Positions 1 to 12,162 of a stretch of 64,000 bases of DNA are shown here, piece by piece. The stretch covers positions 177,506,001 to 177,570,000 of the forward strand of contig OX597814.1 of the NCBI GenBank assembly GCA_951406725.2. The letters are read 5' to 3'. Origin of the DNA: Octopus vulgaris. Lineage: Eukaryota. The translations under genes and the position numbers were made by a program. The notes beneath the pieces are model-generated. The model was not told where the DNA came from and searched no databases. It was given only the letters and a program-made list of their open reading frames with translations. Within the stretch, counting starts at the first letter, position 1. The number at the start of each line of letters is the position of its first letter.

Positions 1-142
1 TTATTATTATTATTATTATTGTTATTAGTAGTAGTAGAATTAGTAGTTGTAGTAGTATTAGTAGTGGTAGTGGTGGTGGTGGTGGTTGTAATAGTAGTAG
101 ACGCGTTGTTACTGATAATGATAATTCCTTCTGGTAATATTC

Positions 143-313
143 TTTTATTCGTTTACTTGTTTCAGTTATTTTACTGCAACGATGCTGGAGCACCACCTTT
201 AGTCGAACTAAGCCAAGTACTTTTTCTATCGGTGTCTTTTCCCGAACTGCTAAGTTATGGGGGCGTGAACACACCAACATCGGTTGTGAAGCAATGGTGG
301 AGGGACAAACACA

Positions 314-350
<37 letters not shown>

Positions 351-507
351 TCACACACACACATATATATATATATATACGACGGGCTTCTTTCAGCTTC
401 CATCAACCAAATCCACTGACAAGGCCGAATATGTCACGCATTTAGACTGAACCCAGAACCATATGGTTGGTAAGCAAGCTTTTTACCATACAGCCACTCC
501 TACGCCT
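143..507 (-). mobile_element. tRNA-derived SINE, family A, with internal (CA)n(TA)n tract
   Basis: Minus strand starts AGGCGTAGGAGTGGCTGTATGGTAA (A-box-like) then GGGTTCAGTC (B-box-like). Body and 3' end match the copies at 17150-17560, 29632-30096 and 40421-40735. Confidence 0.8.
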
Positions 508-971
508 ATATGTTTCGGTTTTTAATTTATTTTACTTTCGGCTTCAATTTCGCAGGCTATTGTAGCGTGTGATGTTGCTTTTGTTTCTAGTGCAGTTAAT
601 GCTGACAGTAGTAACATTAATACCATTACTGTTGTGTTGAGTCAAAAGCTTTGCCATATGTTGATAACTCATATGCTTTATTCGTCAAGTTACATCAAAA
701 GCAGCCTAGCATTCAAATTAGAGGCCATCGTACTACACCGTCTCATGTCACCTGTCTGCCAGTTTTCTAATACTACGTCGATACCAATTTTCGTCTTTCG
801 AAGCGAAGAACTCCTTCGCTGAAATTTCCATTTCCTCTTCGTTAATGACCAGTCGCGAGCGCAGGAAGAGAGCCATGGATCAGAACAAATAATAATCCGA
901 GGGAGATATTTCCCCACAGTCTTAACACGCATAAGCAATATTTAGGAAGAGGTCAGCATGGGTGTTTTGTA

Positions 972-1435
972 CACAAGGTGATGCTCTGAGCCTGGTGTCA
1001 TTTCGAAGAGATAATTCACTACAAATTCGTTCAGGACCGTCAAACCATCAATGTCAAACTGTACTCCGAACAACTAGAGCGGATACATATGAGTGTGCAG
1101 CAAATATATTCTGCATTCGTTAAAAGAAAAACGAGATCGTCTGCAGCTAGACAATACTAGGACTCATACCAATACCCATCGAAAAATCCGGAGTAAACTA
1201 CAAGAACTTGAGGGAATCAAACTGGTGACACACCCAACATATATTCCAGACCTAGCTCTAATCCATGGCTTACTCCCAATGGTCGCGACTCTTTTTCAAC
1301 CAAGAGGAGGTGTAAACCTCAGTGAAGGACTTGTTCTCTTCGAAGGATGAGAACTGCTATTACCATGGGACCAAAGAAGTAGCAGAAGTGTGACTTCAAA
1401 CGGTGCAGCACGATGGCTTCTACTTTGAATATTAG
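972..1435 (+). pseudogene. Mariner (Tc1/mariner) transposase catalytic-domain relic
   Basis: Manual translation across a stop and frameshifts: HKVML*AWCHFEEIIHYKFVQDRQTINVKLYSEQLERIH...LQLDNTRTH...KLQELEGIKLVTHPTYIPDLAL...YYHGTKEVAEV*LQTVQHDGFYFEY*. This matches mariner motifs KVMLxVWW, DNARPH and HPxYSPDLAP. Confidence 0.85.
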
Positions 1436-1894
1436 GCTACATTGTTAATGCAAATAAGTCACAAGAATATTGCAAAACTTTTAACACAAGATTATATTAC
1501 AATAATTATGCTCAGGGTAACTAGAAATAATGTTAAAAGAGTCTCCAGTGTACGGATCGATAAGGCGCAGCTTTCGTATACTAGGTGACGCGATTATAGA
1601 TCCAAGCTGAGGTGAAGTAGAATAAGAGGAATTAAGAACGTTGCGAAAGAATCTAGCAAACGCTGTTGATAGCTTAACTAAACAATTAATCAAGCACTCG
1701 AGTAGTTAATGGGTTAAATGATTAATTGATTGACCAATAATAACAAAAGAATTATAAATGAACGAGTGCGAGTGTTTTCAGTGGCAGAATGATCTTTCGC
1801 CAAAACAGCAATTTATATGCGTGTGTGCGCGTGCTCGTGTGTATATTATATATGTATACATATAAATAATACACACATATATATGTGTATCTGT

Positions 1895-1982
1895 ATATAT
1901 AGATGGGTATATCGATATATATATATATATATAGATAGATAGGTATATCGATATATATATATATATATATATAGATAGGTAT

Positions 1983-2013
<31 letters not shown>

Positions 2014-2022
2014 GATAGGTAT

Positions 2023-2067
<45 letters not shown>

Positions 2068-2074
2068 TAGGTAT

Positions 2075-2119
<45 letters not shown>

Positions 2120-2190
2120 TAGATAGATAGATAGATAGATAGGTATATCGATATATATATAGATAGGTATATCGATATATATATATATAT
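1895..2190. repeat. Compound minisatellite: (TA)n blocks separated by GATAGGTATATCGA
   Basis: The spacer motif recurs several times between variable TA runs. Confidence 0.9.
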
Positions 2191-2466
2191 GGAGGCGCAA
2201 TGGCCCAGTGGTTAGGACAGCGGACTCGCGGTCGTAGGATCGCGGGTTCGATTCCCAGAACAGGCGTTGTGAGTGTTTATTGAGCGAAAACACCTAAAAG
2301 CTCCACGAGGCTCCGGCAGGGGGTGGTGATCCCTGCTGTACTCTTTTTCCCATCTTTCTTCTGTTGGCCTGCTCGCTTAGCCAGCGAGGTGGCGTCATTC
2401 GATGGCTAAACCAATGCGACCAGCGATGTGTAACTACATCTGATGGAATGGTCGGTCACGTGATCA

Positions 2467-2468
<2 letters not shown>
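2191..2468 (+). mobile_element. tRNA-derived SINE, family B short form (~275 bp; size resembles octopus OR2)
   Basis: A box TGGCCCAGTGG, B box GGTTCGATTCC; ends GGTCACGTGATCACG inside (TA)n. Related copies at 19930-20180 (-), 51846-52025 (-) and a degenerate piece at ~7890-7990. The OR2 name is from memory and unverified. Confidence 0.85.
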
Positions 2469-2524
<56 letters not shown>

Positions 2525-2526
2525 AC

Positions 2527-2720
2527 GGTAAGGTTTACAAAAATAAACAAAAGACGAAGGCAGGTGGAGTACAAACAAACAAGTGTATTAGTATGGCGCT
2601 CAGGAATAGAAATAGAAAAAAGTCTTTTACGTTTCGAGCCTACGCTCTTCGACAGAAAGATACTAAGAAAAAAACAAGGAGAGAAAAAAATGCGTGTAGG
2701 AGCTAACGATCTATCATGGC
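2527..2720 (-). mobile_element. Short HHR-bearing PLE-type repeat, family F
   Basis: Colinear with 45445-45643 and shares its boundary GCTAACGATCTATCATGGC. Contains the hammerhead-like motif at 2623-2660. Confidence 0.75.
2623..2660 (-). ncRNA. Minimal type I hammerhead-like ribozyme, variant core CUGUCGA
   Basis: Minus strand reads TCTTT-CTGTCGA-A-GAGC(GTAG)GCTC-GAAAC-GT-A-AAAGA: perfect 5-bp stem I, 4-bp stem II, palindromic ACGT stem III, GUA triplet. Confidence 0.65.
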
Positions 2721-3204
2721 GTCCATATACATAATGTAAGTTATGTAAGTTACAGCCACACATACACACACATCTTTTGAAAGAGGTAAAGTAATCAATG
2801 GCATAATAGCTGAGTGTCACTTTGCAAATAAATGGAAAAAAATATTTACAGATAAACAAGAATCTTGAATAGTAAAATATCACATGCTGCAAATTATAAA
2901 TTAGTCGTATCATTGGCACATACTGCTCGTAATCATTTTACATTTTGCATAAATAATCATCCGTTGTTGAGCTTCTGCTAGAATCACATATGCGTCTATA
3001 TTACTAGTGAATATAAGAGCTCTGTCAACGACCAAACATTTCCGCTAATGATTTTATGAACAGAACCTTAAGTTATGAGGAGAAACATAAGCTAACCGTA
3101 AGGCTAAGTTACAATGTTACAATCAGAAATAAATGGTGGTTTCTTTTACATATATTTATACATATTTGTGTGTATGTGTACATATGCATATTTGTATATA
3201 TATA

Positions 3205-3245
<41 letters not shown>

Positions 3246-3251
<6 letters not shown>

Positions 3252-4057
3252 AATCCAAACGGGAAACAAAAAAACAACAACAATGGAACAATTACAGTAT
3301 TATTATTAATAGGCGCTCAGGAAATGGAAGCAGGGAGGTATGACGTTTCGAGCGGAGCTCTTCGTCGGAAACATAAAGAAGGAAGAGAGAGGAAAGAAAG
3401 ATCCCGGAGCGGGCAACGGAGATAGAGAAAAAACGGCTGGTGTTAGGAGTAGCACATGGTGAAAGGCGGATGTTTACGATAACAAGAGCAAAGTGGGTTT
3501 TTAAAGGCAAAAGAGTGGAGACAAGGTTGGTAACGCAACAGATGTGTGTGTATGTGTGAGTGTGTGCGTGTGCGTGTGTGTATGTGTGTGTGTGAGGCGA
3601 GGTAAAAAAAACAAAAAATATATGTATGTGTTAGTGTGTGCGTCTGTGTGTAGGCGTGTGAGGTAGGGCGAGACGGTGGTCAGCATAGCAGCAGCATAGC
3701 AGACAAAGGTCAGTAGTGAGAAAAGGGAGGAAGGAGGAAGGGAGGGAGGGGAAGGGGTGGGGGCGTATGTAGCGTGCCAGCGTGTGTTGAGTAGTAGTGT
3801 GTGTGTGTGTCCAGTGTCGTGGTAGTATTAGTGGCGAGTAGATTGAATGTGTGTAAGAGTGATGTATATGTTTAAGCAATGTGTGTATATGTGTGCGCGT
3901 GTGTGTAACGAAAAAAAGGGGGGGGGTAGGAAAAGGACTCCAGCGGAGGGGAAGATGGAAGAGTGGTCCCGCGGAGACGGGCGTGGGAAAACCCAACGAC
4001 AAGCGACATCCCAGGAACGGGCGGGAGGTCTCGTCGGGTCCAAGGGCGAGGTGCATG

Positions 4058-4060
<3 letters not shown>
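3246..4060 (-). mobile_element. HHR-bearing PLE-type repeat, family E, long copy between (TA)n tracts
   Basis: 3246-3430 is the reverse complement of 32300-32476. HHR-like GTTT-CCGACGA-A-GAGC(TCC)GCTC-GAAAC-GTC-ATAC lies at 3338-3372. The extension to 4060 is inferred from the bounding TA tracts. Confidence 0.6.
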
Positions 4061-4092
<32 letters not shown>

Positions 4093-4216
4093 CATACATA
4101 TATAACTACTATTACGCGCAGACATACAAACATATACACACATATATATTAAATGTTCAATGAACATATGCATATTTCTCAAAAGAAAGTAAAATTTCTC
4201 CTCATTTCTTTTTTAC

Positions 4217-4363
4217 AATAGGAAAAAATTTATATTATTTGCTCTCAACCGAAGCAAGGCTCTAAATTTTTTTTCCAATAGGACGAATTTATATTATTTC
4301 ATCTTAATCGAAGCAAGGCTCTATAGCCTCAATAGGACAAATTTATATTATTTGCCCTCAACC
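4217..4363. repeat. Short tandem repeat, ~60-70 bp unit, about 2.5-3 copies
   Basis: CAATAGGA..AATTTATATTATTT..TCAACCGAAGCAAGGCTCTA is repeated. Confidence 0.8.
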
Positions 4364-5038
4364 GTCGAAAATTAAACGTCACAGTCAATGATATCAAATA
4401 AAATAATTCTTTCTACCTCGAAAAGAAAAATGTCAAAATAACCTTGGCGGATTTTGAACTAAGAGCTGGAAAAATAGCTACTAATTATTTTGCCTGGTGT
4501 GCTAACGATTTTACCAGCTCGCTCGCTGTCTTAGTAATAAAAACAACCCTTTTTTTTATATAGACACATCTGAAATTTGGGAGTAAATGTTCATTATTAG
4601 ATCTCACTATTGTCGATACTATACGTTATCCATTACATAACTATTTCTCTACCACATACTCGTCCCCATCACTCCGTTTCTTTACCCACATACCCAAGTT
4701 TTTCTATCATCGACCTTCCTATTCTTCAACTACCTTCTCTATACTTTGAACAAACAGACACATCATAGAGTAGTGAGACATCTTTAATATTACGCAAAAG
4801 AGGGGAGATGGCATAATAATGACAGGAACATTTAAATCTTGACGCAAAACTCAGCAATGATGGGGCCACACTAAAATGCGCTCAGTACACATTGCAAAGT
4901 GGTTAGTAACAGGGTGGGCAGGTGAAGAGAACAAGGGAAAATGTATGGTTCTCCAATCCGTCTGAGATCTCACCCATTCAACCCATCGTAACCAAAGGTG
5001 TGGACATAAAATAAATGTTCTTGATAATGTTGTCGATT

Positions 5039-5099
<61 letters not shown>

Positions 5100-6429
5100 C
5101 ATGTATACATACATACATACATACATACATGTGTGTTGTGCACGCGTTTGTTTGTGTATGTATATCTCTCTATCTCTATATATATGTGCATGTATTGTAT
5201 ATATATATACACACACATATATATATACACACACACATATACATATATGCACATATATATATAAACATATATGTGTGCATGCATTGTTTATATACATAAA
5301 TATATATGTATATACACATACATATAGGTATACAATATATACATATATTCATACACACATATACAAACATACACACACATACACCCATATGATTGTGGAT
5401 TAAGTATGATCTATATTTACTTGTGAATGAATTATGATAGCTTTACATTTAATTCGCATCGTTGAGAGAAATTTATCTTCAGGCTTCGGAACTTATCCAC
5501 CATTAAATTGTCTCTTCGCACAAATGCTACGATCACTTGTCCGAGACATTTTTAAAAAGCAAATCAATGTGATAAAATACTTTGAATTCGGTAAATATTC
5601 CACCATATTTAAAAGTTTTGCATAATGAAATCACAACACGGCAATGTCCTTCTCAATCACTGTTCATCTTTTCACTACACACGCAGTTTTAGGTGGGTGT
5701 ATTCTCTAATTATTTCAGCTATGTCTTTCTGATCGACTCCCAGAGCGTTCCATTCAGACATCGATATGCTAAATATTAGTGACGCAAACATTCTTTTAGC
5801 CATTACACCTGCTTTTATGGTTTTTCTCGATGCTCTTTTTAGACATTCCTATTGTGATTAGCGATGGTAATTTTGATAGCTTATAATTGATGCTTTTATT
5901 TCTTTCTCTTGTTCTAAGAATGTGTGTGCATGTGCGTACGTGTATGTGTGTGTTAACATGTGTATATATATATGTGTGTGTGTGTTTGCGTGGATTGAAA
6001 GAGTGGTAGTGTGTGTTTGTCTGGGAGTGCGTGTTTCAGTGAGTGTATATATATATATATATATATATATATGCATGTGTGTAAACGAATGCGTCTTCTT
6101 AACTTCCATGAAGGAAGAATGAAAGGATGAACAGAAAGAAGGAAAACAGAGAGAGCGCATGAAAGGAAGGAAGTCGGCAGGACTATAAAAAGAATAAAAG
6201 AACTCGATGGAATTATCATTGTACCCGTTTTTTTTTTTCCTTCTTAACAATGAAATGAAAAAAAATAAAATAGTCCAAGTGTGAGTAACACAGTTGAATG
6301 ATGGTAAAAGATTGAGCAGTCTGTGAAGTTAAGTAGATTTGGTGATGATTGTGTTTGGAGGCAGCAACAGTTGGTGTCTACCAATATTTCCATGCGAGTA
6401 GCTGTATTATGTTTATGCCGCACGGAGAT

Positions 6430-6483
6430 AATCAAATCATAATAATGATGATGATGATAATAATAATAATGATGATGATGATG

Positions 6484-6532
<49 letters not shown>

Positions 6533-6586
6533 TAAAAATAATAATAATAATAATTATAATAATGATAAAAATAATAATAATAATAA

Positions 6587-6617
<31 letters not shown>

Positions 6618-6653
6618 AATAATGATAAAAAATAATAATAATAATAATAAAAA

Positions 6654-6715
<62 letters not shown>

Positions 6716-6808
6716 TAAAAATAATAATGATAAAAATAATAATAATAATAATAAAAATAATAATAAAAATAATAATAAGAAGAAGAATAAAAATAATAAT
6801 AATGATAA
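6430..6808. repeat. (ATA/ATG)n trinucleotide microsatellite
   Basis: Directly visible; it produces the poly-Ile and poly-Leu ORFs. Confidence 0.95.
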
Positions 6809-6809
6809 C

Positions 6810-6990
6810 AAATTTTGGCACAGAGCCAGTAATTTCAGGAGCGGGGAAAAGTCTATTATATCACCTCCAGTGGTAAACTGGTACTTAATTTTTTCGACCC
6901 CGAAAGAATGAAATGCAAGGTCGACCCCTGAGTAATTTGAACATTGAACATAGAACATGAAGATGGACGAAATGCCGCCAAGCATTTCAC
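6810..6990 (-). mobile_element. SINE family D, partial copy
   Basis: Contains CTGGTACTTAATTTTTTCGACCCCGAAAGAATGAAATGCAAGGTCGACC, the family core also seen at 12165-12350 and 42481-42709. Confidence 0.7.
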
Positions 6991-7299
6991 CCACATCACA
7001 CCACCCCACAATACTCTACACACTCTAGCACTGACCACTTCCCAGCACCCACACCAGCATCCACACACCCGCACATTACAGAAGCACATTATAGACGCAC
7101 GTTACACACGCACATACACACACATCAAAGTCGCTATCCCCTGTCCACACGCCCACATTTACACATTCTCATGTACGCACACGCACCTTTGTTTTGGGAT
7201 CACCAGTATTTTGTTATCTCCCCTTCTTCCAAGCTCCCCTGACCAACTACCTTTTTCCAACCACTCGTCATGATTGACAGTTAAATCCACAGGTTTTTA

Positions 7300-7457
7300 T
7301 TCTCTCTCTCTCCGTTTATTTCCTCATGTTCCTCTCACTTAAAGAGCGTAGGCTCGAAACATAAAATACTTTCTTACCGTCCCGAGCGTCAAACTAATAC
7401 ACCTTCTTATTGTTTATACACCTGTCTTCACCTTATGCTTTTCCGTAAATTTCGACT
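7300..7457 (+). mobile_element. Family F HHR repeat, degenerate copy
   Basis: AAGAGCGTAGGCTCGAAAC plus a downstream tail matching the reverse complement of 2527-2660; ends at TATATA. Confidence 0.65.
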
Positions 7458-7494
7458 ATATATATATAAATAATTTTAAATATATAAAAGTATA

Positions 7495-7850
7495 TAACTG
7501 CAAAAGGCAGAGGCTATCCCAAGTGGAACTGGAGATCTCTACAAAAGTTGAAAGGATGTCAACATGATTACGCTGAACACAAAGAGCAAAAGGTTGAACA
7601 AGAACAGGGATTAATAGAGGGACCAATAAATCTTTACGAAAGAAATAGCTACTCGGATGAAGGTAACTTTTCCTCTGTAGAGGGAATGACTGTTACAGAG
7701 GAAGAAATATGCTTTCTACTACACCTAAATGAGGCACGAAATAGTAAAATAAAGAGCCCGTCAGGTCTGAAAGGAACCAATAGAAGAAATCTATAGAAAA
7801 TAGTGAAAAAGATGGACGAGCTGTTTGCGAAAATCTACATCGAAATCGTT
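7495..7850 (+). pseudogene. Possible N-terminal relic of an R4/Dong-like non-LTR ORF
   Basis: Fragments RLSQVELEI and EEEICFLLHLNEARNSKIKSPSGLKGTNRRNL*KIVKKMDELFAKI resemble the pre-RT region of R4/Dong proteins by eye only. Confidence 0.3.
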
Positions 7851-10344
7851 GCGGTTAAAAGTCAAAGAAACACAAAGGACAAGGCCCCATGGCTGCTCGC
7901 CTCAACAGGGTGGCATCATAAGAAAGCTACAACAATTTGAGGAAGTGCATTGTAACCAGCGTTGGATAGTCTGGTTCATTCGGTGATACGATTGCGACGG
8001 TGACAATCTACTCACGTGCAATGAGAACCAACCGCCTGCTAGTACTGCTCTCCACACTATAATTATCACATGCTGGATTATTCAGATATTGTAGACAGAT
8101 TCGAACTAGCACATTGCCGGCTTGAAATTGTTTTGTAACCAAATACGGTATTACATTTTTCCGTTAACTAAAAAACTGACGGAAAATTAGTTATTTTAGA
8201 AGTTAGTCTTGAGCACAGGAATACAAGAACATGGGAAGTTAGAGCCAGTGATGACGGCATATGAACCATTGTTCAAGCAGTTCAACATCCGTGCGATGCG
8301 CTAACTGCGGTTGACTAAAGTAGTACAATGCAGGAAAGCTACTTAAACAACAAATTAAAAACATCAAAAGCAGCAACCATTTAACCTAGTCAACACGTCT
8401 TTGGCATTATTTTCGTTTCTGTGTTCTATCAGACATTTAAACAATTACAGTGCCAATGACGACATGATGAAAAAAATATAAATACTAAAAAGCAAACAAA
8501 ATTATCAGAAAAAACCTCGATTGTCTCTCGTCTCACCTCTTTCATTTTATTCATTTCTACCCACCAGCTCTTTCTTCCTAACACACACCAACACATTTTT
8601 GTGTGTGTATGGATATATATGTATATATATATATATATATATATAAAGAATAAAACAGTAACTCGAGTGGACAGATCGTTCGGTAATTCGTGCTCTGTGA
8701 TAATTAACTAAATACAATAAACAGAGACGTTCATTATTTCTTTGTAGTAGTGTATTTGTGTGAGTGTCCATGTGTGAGTGTTTGTAAATTATCTGTTATA
8801 TATTTTTTATATGTTCACGTCTCTTATTATTTGCAGTTATCGTTGAATCCCAGATCAGCCAGATCGAGTAAGTTTATGGAAAAAGTTGTTCTGTCTGTGA
8901 CAATCCTATACGTTTTTGTATTTCTCGCAGACCGAGCAATCCTATAGAGCTTCCATTGTTTCTATTTGCTGTGATGAATGTCTGGTTGTTTCTCCCACCG
9001 CTATAAAGTGCCTTTAGGTTACAATTCACCGTGCAATACTTTGGAAAAGTGTCTAGTACCATAATCTCGAGCAGACCAATGTAATATGTTAGGTGGAAAG
9101 GGTATGGAGCTCCGTCATAATATATACATACAAGTATGACAACCACATACATAGTGGTTATCAAAAAGCGATTTGTTGCATTCTTACCGTGTTGTGCAAC
9201 TGTTATTCGGATCTATCAAACGGCTTTAATAACCTGGTGGCGTACAGTACTCTAAGTTTTTTTTTTTACTAAATCACCAGCTATTCTTGTGTTTTTTTAG
9301 TGCTGTAACCTTACTAAATCTTATCGATTCCATTCTAAATGCCATTGTCAGTGCTGTTGACGATTTCCCCCGTCAACACCTCCTTAATTAATTCGATCTT
9401 TCGGCCTCAGTCTGCTTGTTGCACCGGGAGAGACGTATTCACTGTAATTTGTGTCTTTCTGTTGAGGAGCATTTAAACAATTGTTTTCCTTTCTGCTTCA
9501 TTTAAAAGCTGTTAGACTTTAGTGAGCATAACTTCCCTATCTTCTAGTTTGCTGATGTGCTTCTCTGCCTGTTCTAAATCTTCATGCTTTTTGTCGAGTG
9601 AAACAAAACCAAAAATGTTGGTAATCATAGCAAAAGGAATATTTTTGTTGTGTTTTCACTGTTGCTCCAATTGTTACAGTTATTACCTTTAGTGTTTTTG
9701 CCGTTGCTTCTGTCACTGTTGACTTTGCTAACATCGCCTTTGCTGTTACTGTTGTTACTTTCGTTAATGTTTGTGTTTTTACAGTTACTGCCTTTTGCTG
9801 TTATGGCAGTGCAGCAAAGCTTTTAACTTTGAACATTCAAAGGGGAAAACACTTCGTCCCTTCTATGAACTTATGTCATCTTTGCTACTATTGCTGTGAT
9901 TGCTGTTGCAACTCTTGTTAACGTTGTTGTTGTTCTTCTTCTAACTGATATTATTATTGATTACTGCTGTTGCAGTAGTACAATTATTTGAACTGTGATC
10001 TTTCCCTCTCTTCACATCATTCTTCTTCCCTTCCACGTACTCCATCTGCCTTTGCGATTCACCTCTTACACCTTCCTTCAGCTTATTGGCTGTAGAAGCC
10101 GACGCCATGTTTGTAAAAAGATGTGCTTATCAAAATAAAATGTGAACATTTTTCTTAAAAATTCGAGCCCCAAAATAGCTAGAAACAAAAGGGTGCTATG
10201 GGTTTAAGCTAGAGTTAAGAATTTTTTATAAGAAAATTTCAATGATTATTAACTTTCGTGCATATTAACAAAAGAACAAACTTACGTTCGACCCGAAGCT
10301 ACTTGTTACTGACAAGACCAGCATAACAAAAATTGATGGTTTAA

Positions 10345-10517
10345 AATTTTGGCACAAGGCCAGTAACTCTGAGCAACGGGGTAAGTCGATTACATCAACC
10401 CCAGTGCTCGAAAGACAAAGTCGACGTCGGCGGAATTAGAACTCAGAAAGTAAAGACAGACGAAATGCTTTCAGCATTTTCCCGGCGTGAAAACGATTCT
10501 GCCAGCTTGCTGACTTA
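10345..10517 (-). mobile_element. SINE family D, internally deleted copy
   Basis: TTTTGGCACAAGGCCAG...AAAGTCGACGTCGGCGGAATTAGAACTCAGAA...TTCTGCCAGCT. Confidence 0.7.
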
Positions 10518-10532
10518 ATAATAATAATGATG

Positions 10533-10590
<58 letters not shown>

Positions 10591-10600
10591 CAACAATAAT

Positions 10601-11137
10601 AATGTCCTGATGCAGTGTCAGGCAGTGGCTTCCATCTTAACTAATTGGAAGTGTTATCATGTACATTGTTTTGTGTTGGTATAAAAGATAGGCTGCAGCA
10701 AATATTCTGCTCAATACCACAGATTTGCTTGTCAGTTGTTTGACCTTAACCTTTGAGCATGTTCCTTATTGGCTGACGACATGTGCATCTCTGATCACGA
10801 GAAGAAGTAGTGGGGGAGCACCTTAGCTATGTGTTGAGAGGAATACTTTGGTGTTTGGATAATTCCCCTTTGGAAATATGGGTGCTTTGTTCAACATTCT
10901 TAAACAACCCTTAATCAGGGACCTTTCGAGCAGAAGGAGCTACTCAATTTTAAGAAAATTCTAACTGGGCCCACCTGCAATGTCATGAGCTGTTTATCTC
11001 GATGTTAGATCACCATGTCACGAACACATGGCTGTGATGTTAGTGTCTGGTATGCCTGTATCAGACGGGGTAGTCATGCTGGACATTGTATATTTTACCC
11101 CAGTGTCACTTTGATGGCATGCACTACTCTGTCATTC
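10601..11137 (+). mobile_element. ~540-bp non-coding interspersed repeat, family G, embedded in (AAT)n
   Basis: Colinear end to end with 40884-41440; (AAT)n on both sides. Confidence 0.85.
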
Positions 11138-11174
<37 letters not shown>

Positions 11175-11194
11175 GTAATGATAATATTAACAAT

Positions 11195-11390
11195 CCTTTC
11201 CACACAGGGCACAAGGCCTGGAATTTTTGGGAAGGAGAGTAGTCAATTACACCGATCTCAGTGTTTCACTAGTACTGAAACGATGAAATGCTAATCGACC
11301 TCGGCGGAATTTGAACTCATAATGTAAAGACGGAAATATCGCTAAGCATTTTGGCCGGCGTGCCAACGATTCTGCCAGCTCGCTGCCCTA
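11195..11390 (-). mobile_element. SINE family D copy
   Basis: GGCACAAGGCCTG...CGACCTCGGCGGAATTTGAACTCA...TTCTGCCAGCTCGCTGCC. Confidence 0.7.
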
Positions 11391-11614
11391 ATAATAATAA
11401 TCATGATAATAATAATAATTATAATACACAACATTACTGCCGATAAATTTGACTCAGCATAAAATCTTAGATTCATATTTAGAAATATATAAATGGCGCG
11501 GTAGAGAAAAGTAGAATTGTGTCACACAAAATTTCTGCTAATGGAAAAATGAAGGGAAATGGTTACTTGAAACCAAACTCAACACTGGGTCACTGGAGCT
11601 TATGGCACTTGGCC

Positions 11615-11665
<51 letters not shown>

Positions 11666-12162
11666 TTTTTCGACAGAAAATCACTTTAAATCACACTCGA
11701 TTTGATCTTGGGAAGAGAACCACTCTGCTTGTTAAAGAGAGCATTATCTCATATTACTTCCGTGTCGGTTGAATTAAGTGTGTGGCTAAATGTCAAAAAG
11801 TATCAGGTAGGACTGTTAGTAATGCCAGCGTATTGACATTATTGGCAAAAGTCTTTGAGCCCCCAACTAAAAAACAGTAAATGTGGTATTTTCCTATTAA
11901 CTACAAGAACGAATTTGGTGATACGAAAATTCTATGTATGCTATCATAATACAAATTGCTTGAGTTTGAAAACATATGGGCTACATAAACTTTGCCGATA
12001 TCATGTAGTTATTATGAGGAATAGCTAGAACTTGAATTGTAAATACGAGAGGCACTGGAAGTTAAGTCTTTGCCGTATAAAAATACTTACCAAGTTGTCA
12101 GTATTTTTGTATTCTTGTTACGGAAGCTAAGCCATACTCTAAACAAATACACTTTGTTAATC

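Noticed and set aside
690-938. 82-aa minus-strand ORF in complex sequence
   Set aside because: No recognisable motif and no convincing splice context.
1895-2190. CRISPR-like regularly spaced motif
   Set aside because: The spacers are pure (TA)n of variable length, the context is eukaryotic, and there are no cas genes.
2191-2265. tRNA gene candidates here and at 16020, 18331, 21030-21099 and 30020-30096
   Set aside because: A and B boxes are present, but I could not build a proper acceptor stem or cloverleaf. Except at 16020, each continues into a repeated SINE body.
6349-7009. Poly-Ile/Leu 'membrane protein' ORFs, also 19-450 and 23006-23470
   Set aside because: They are trinucleotide microsatellites.
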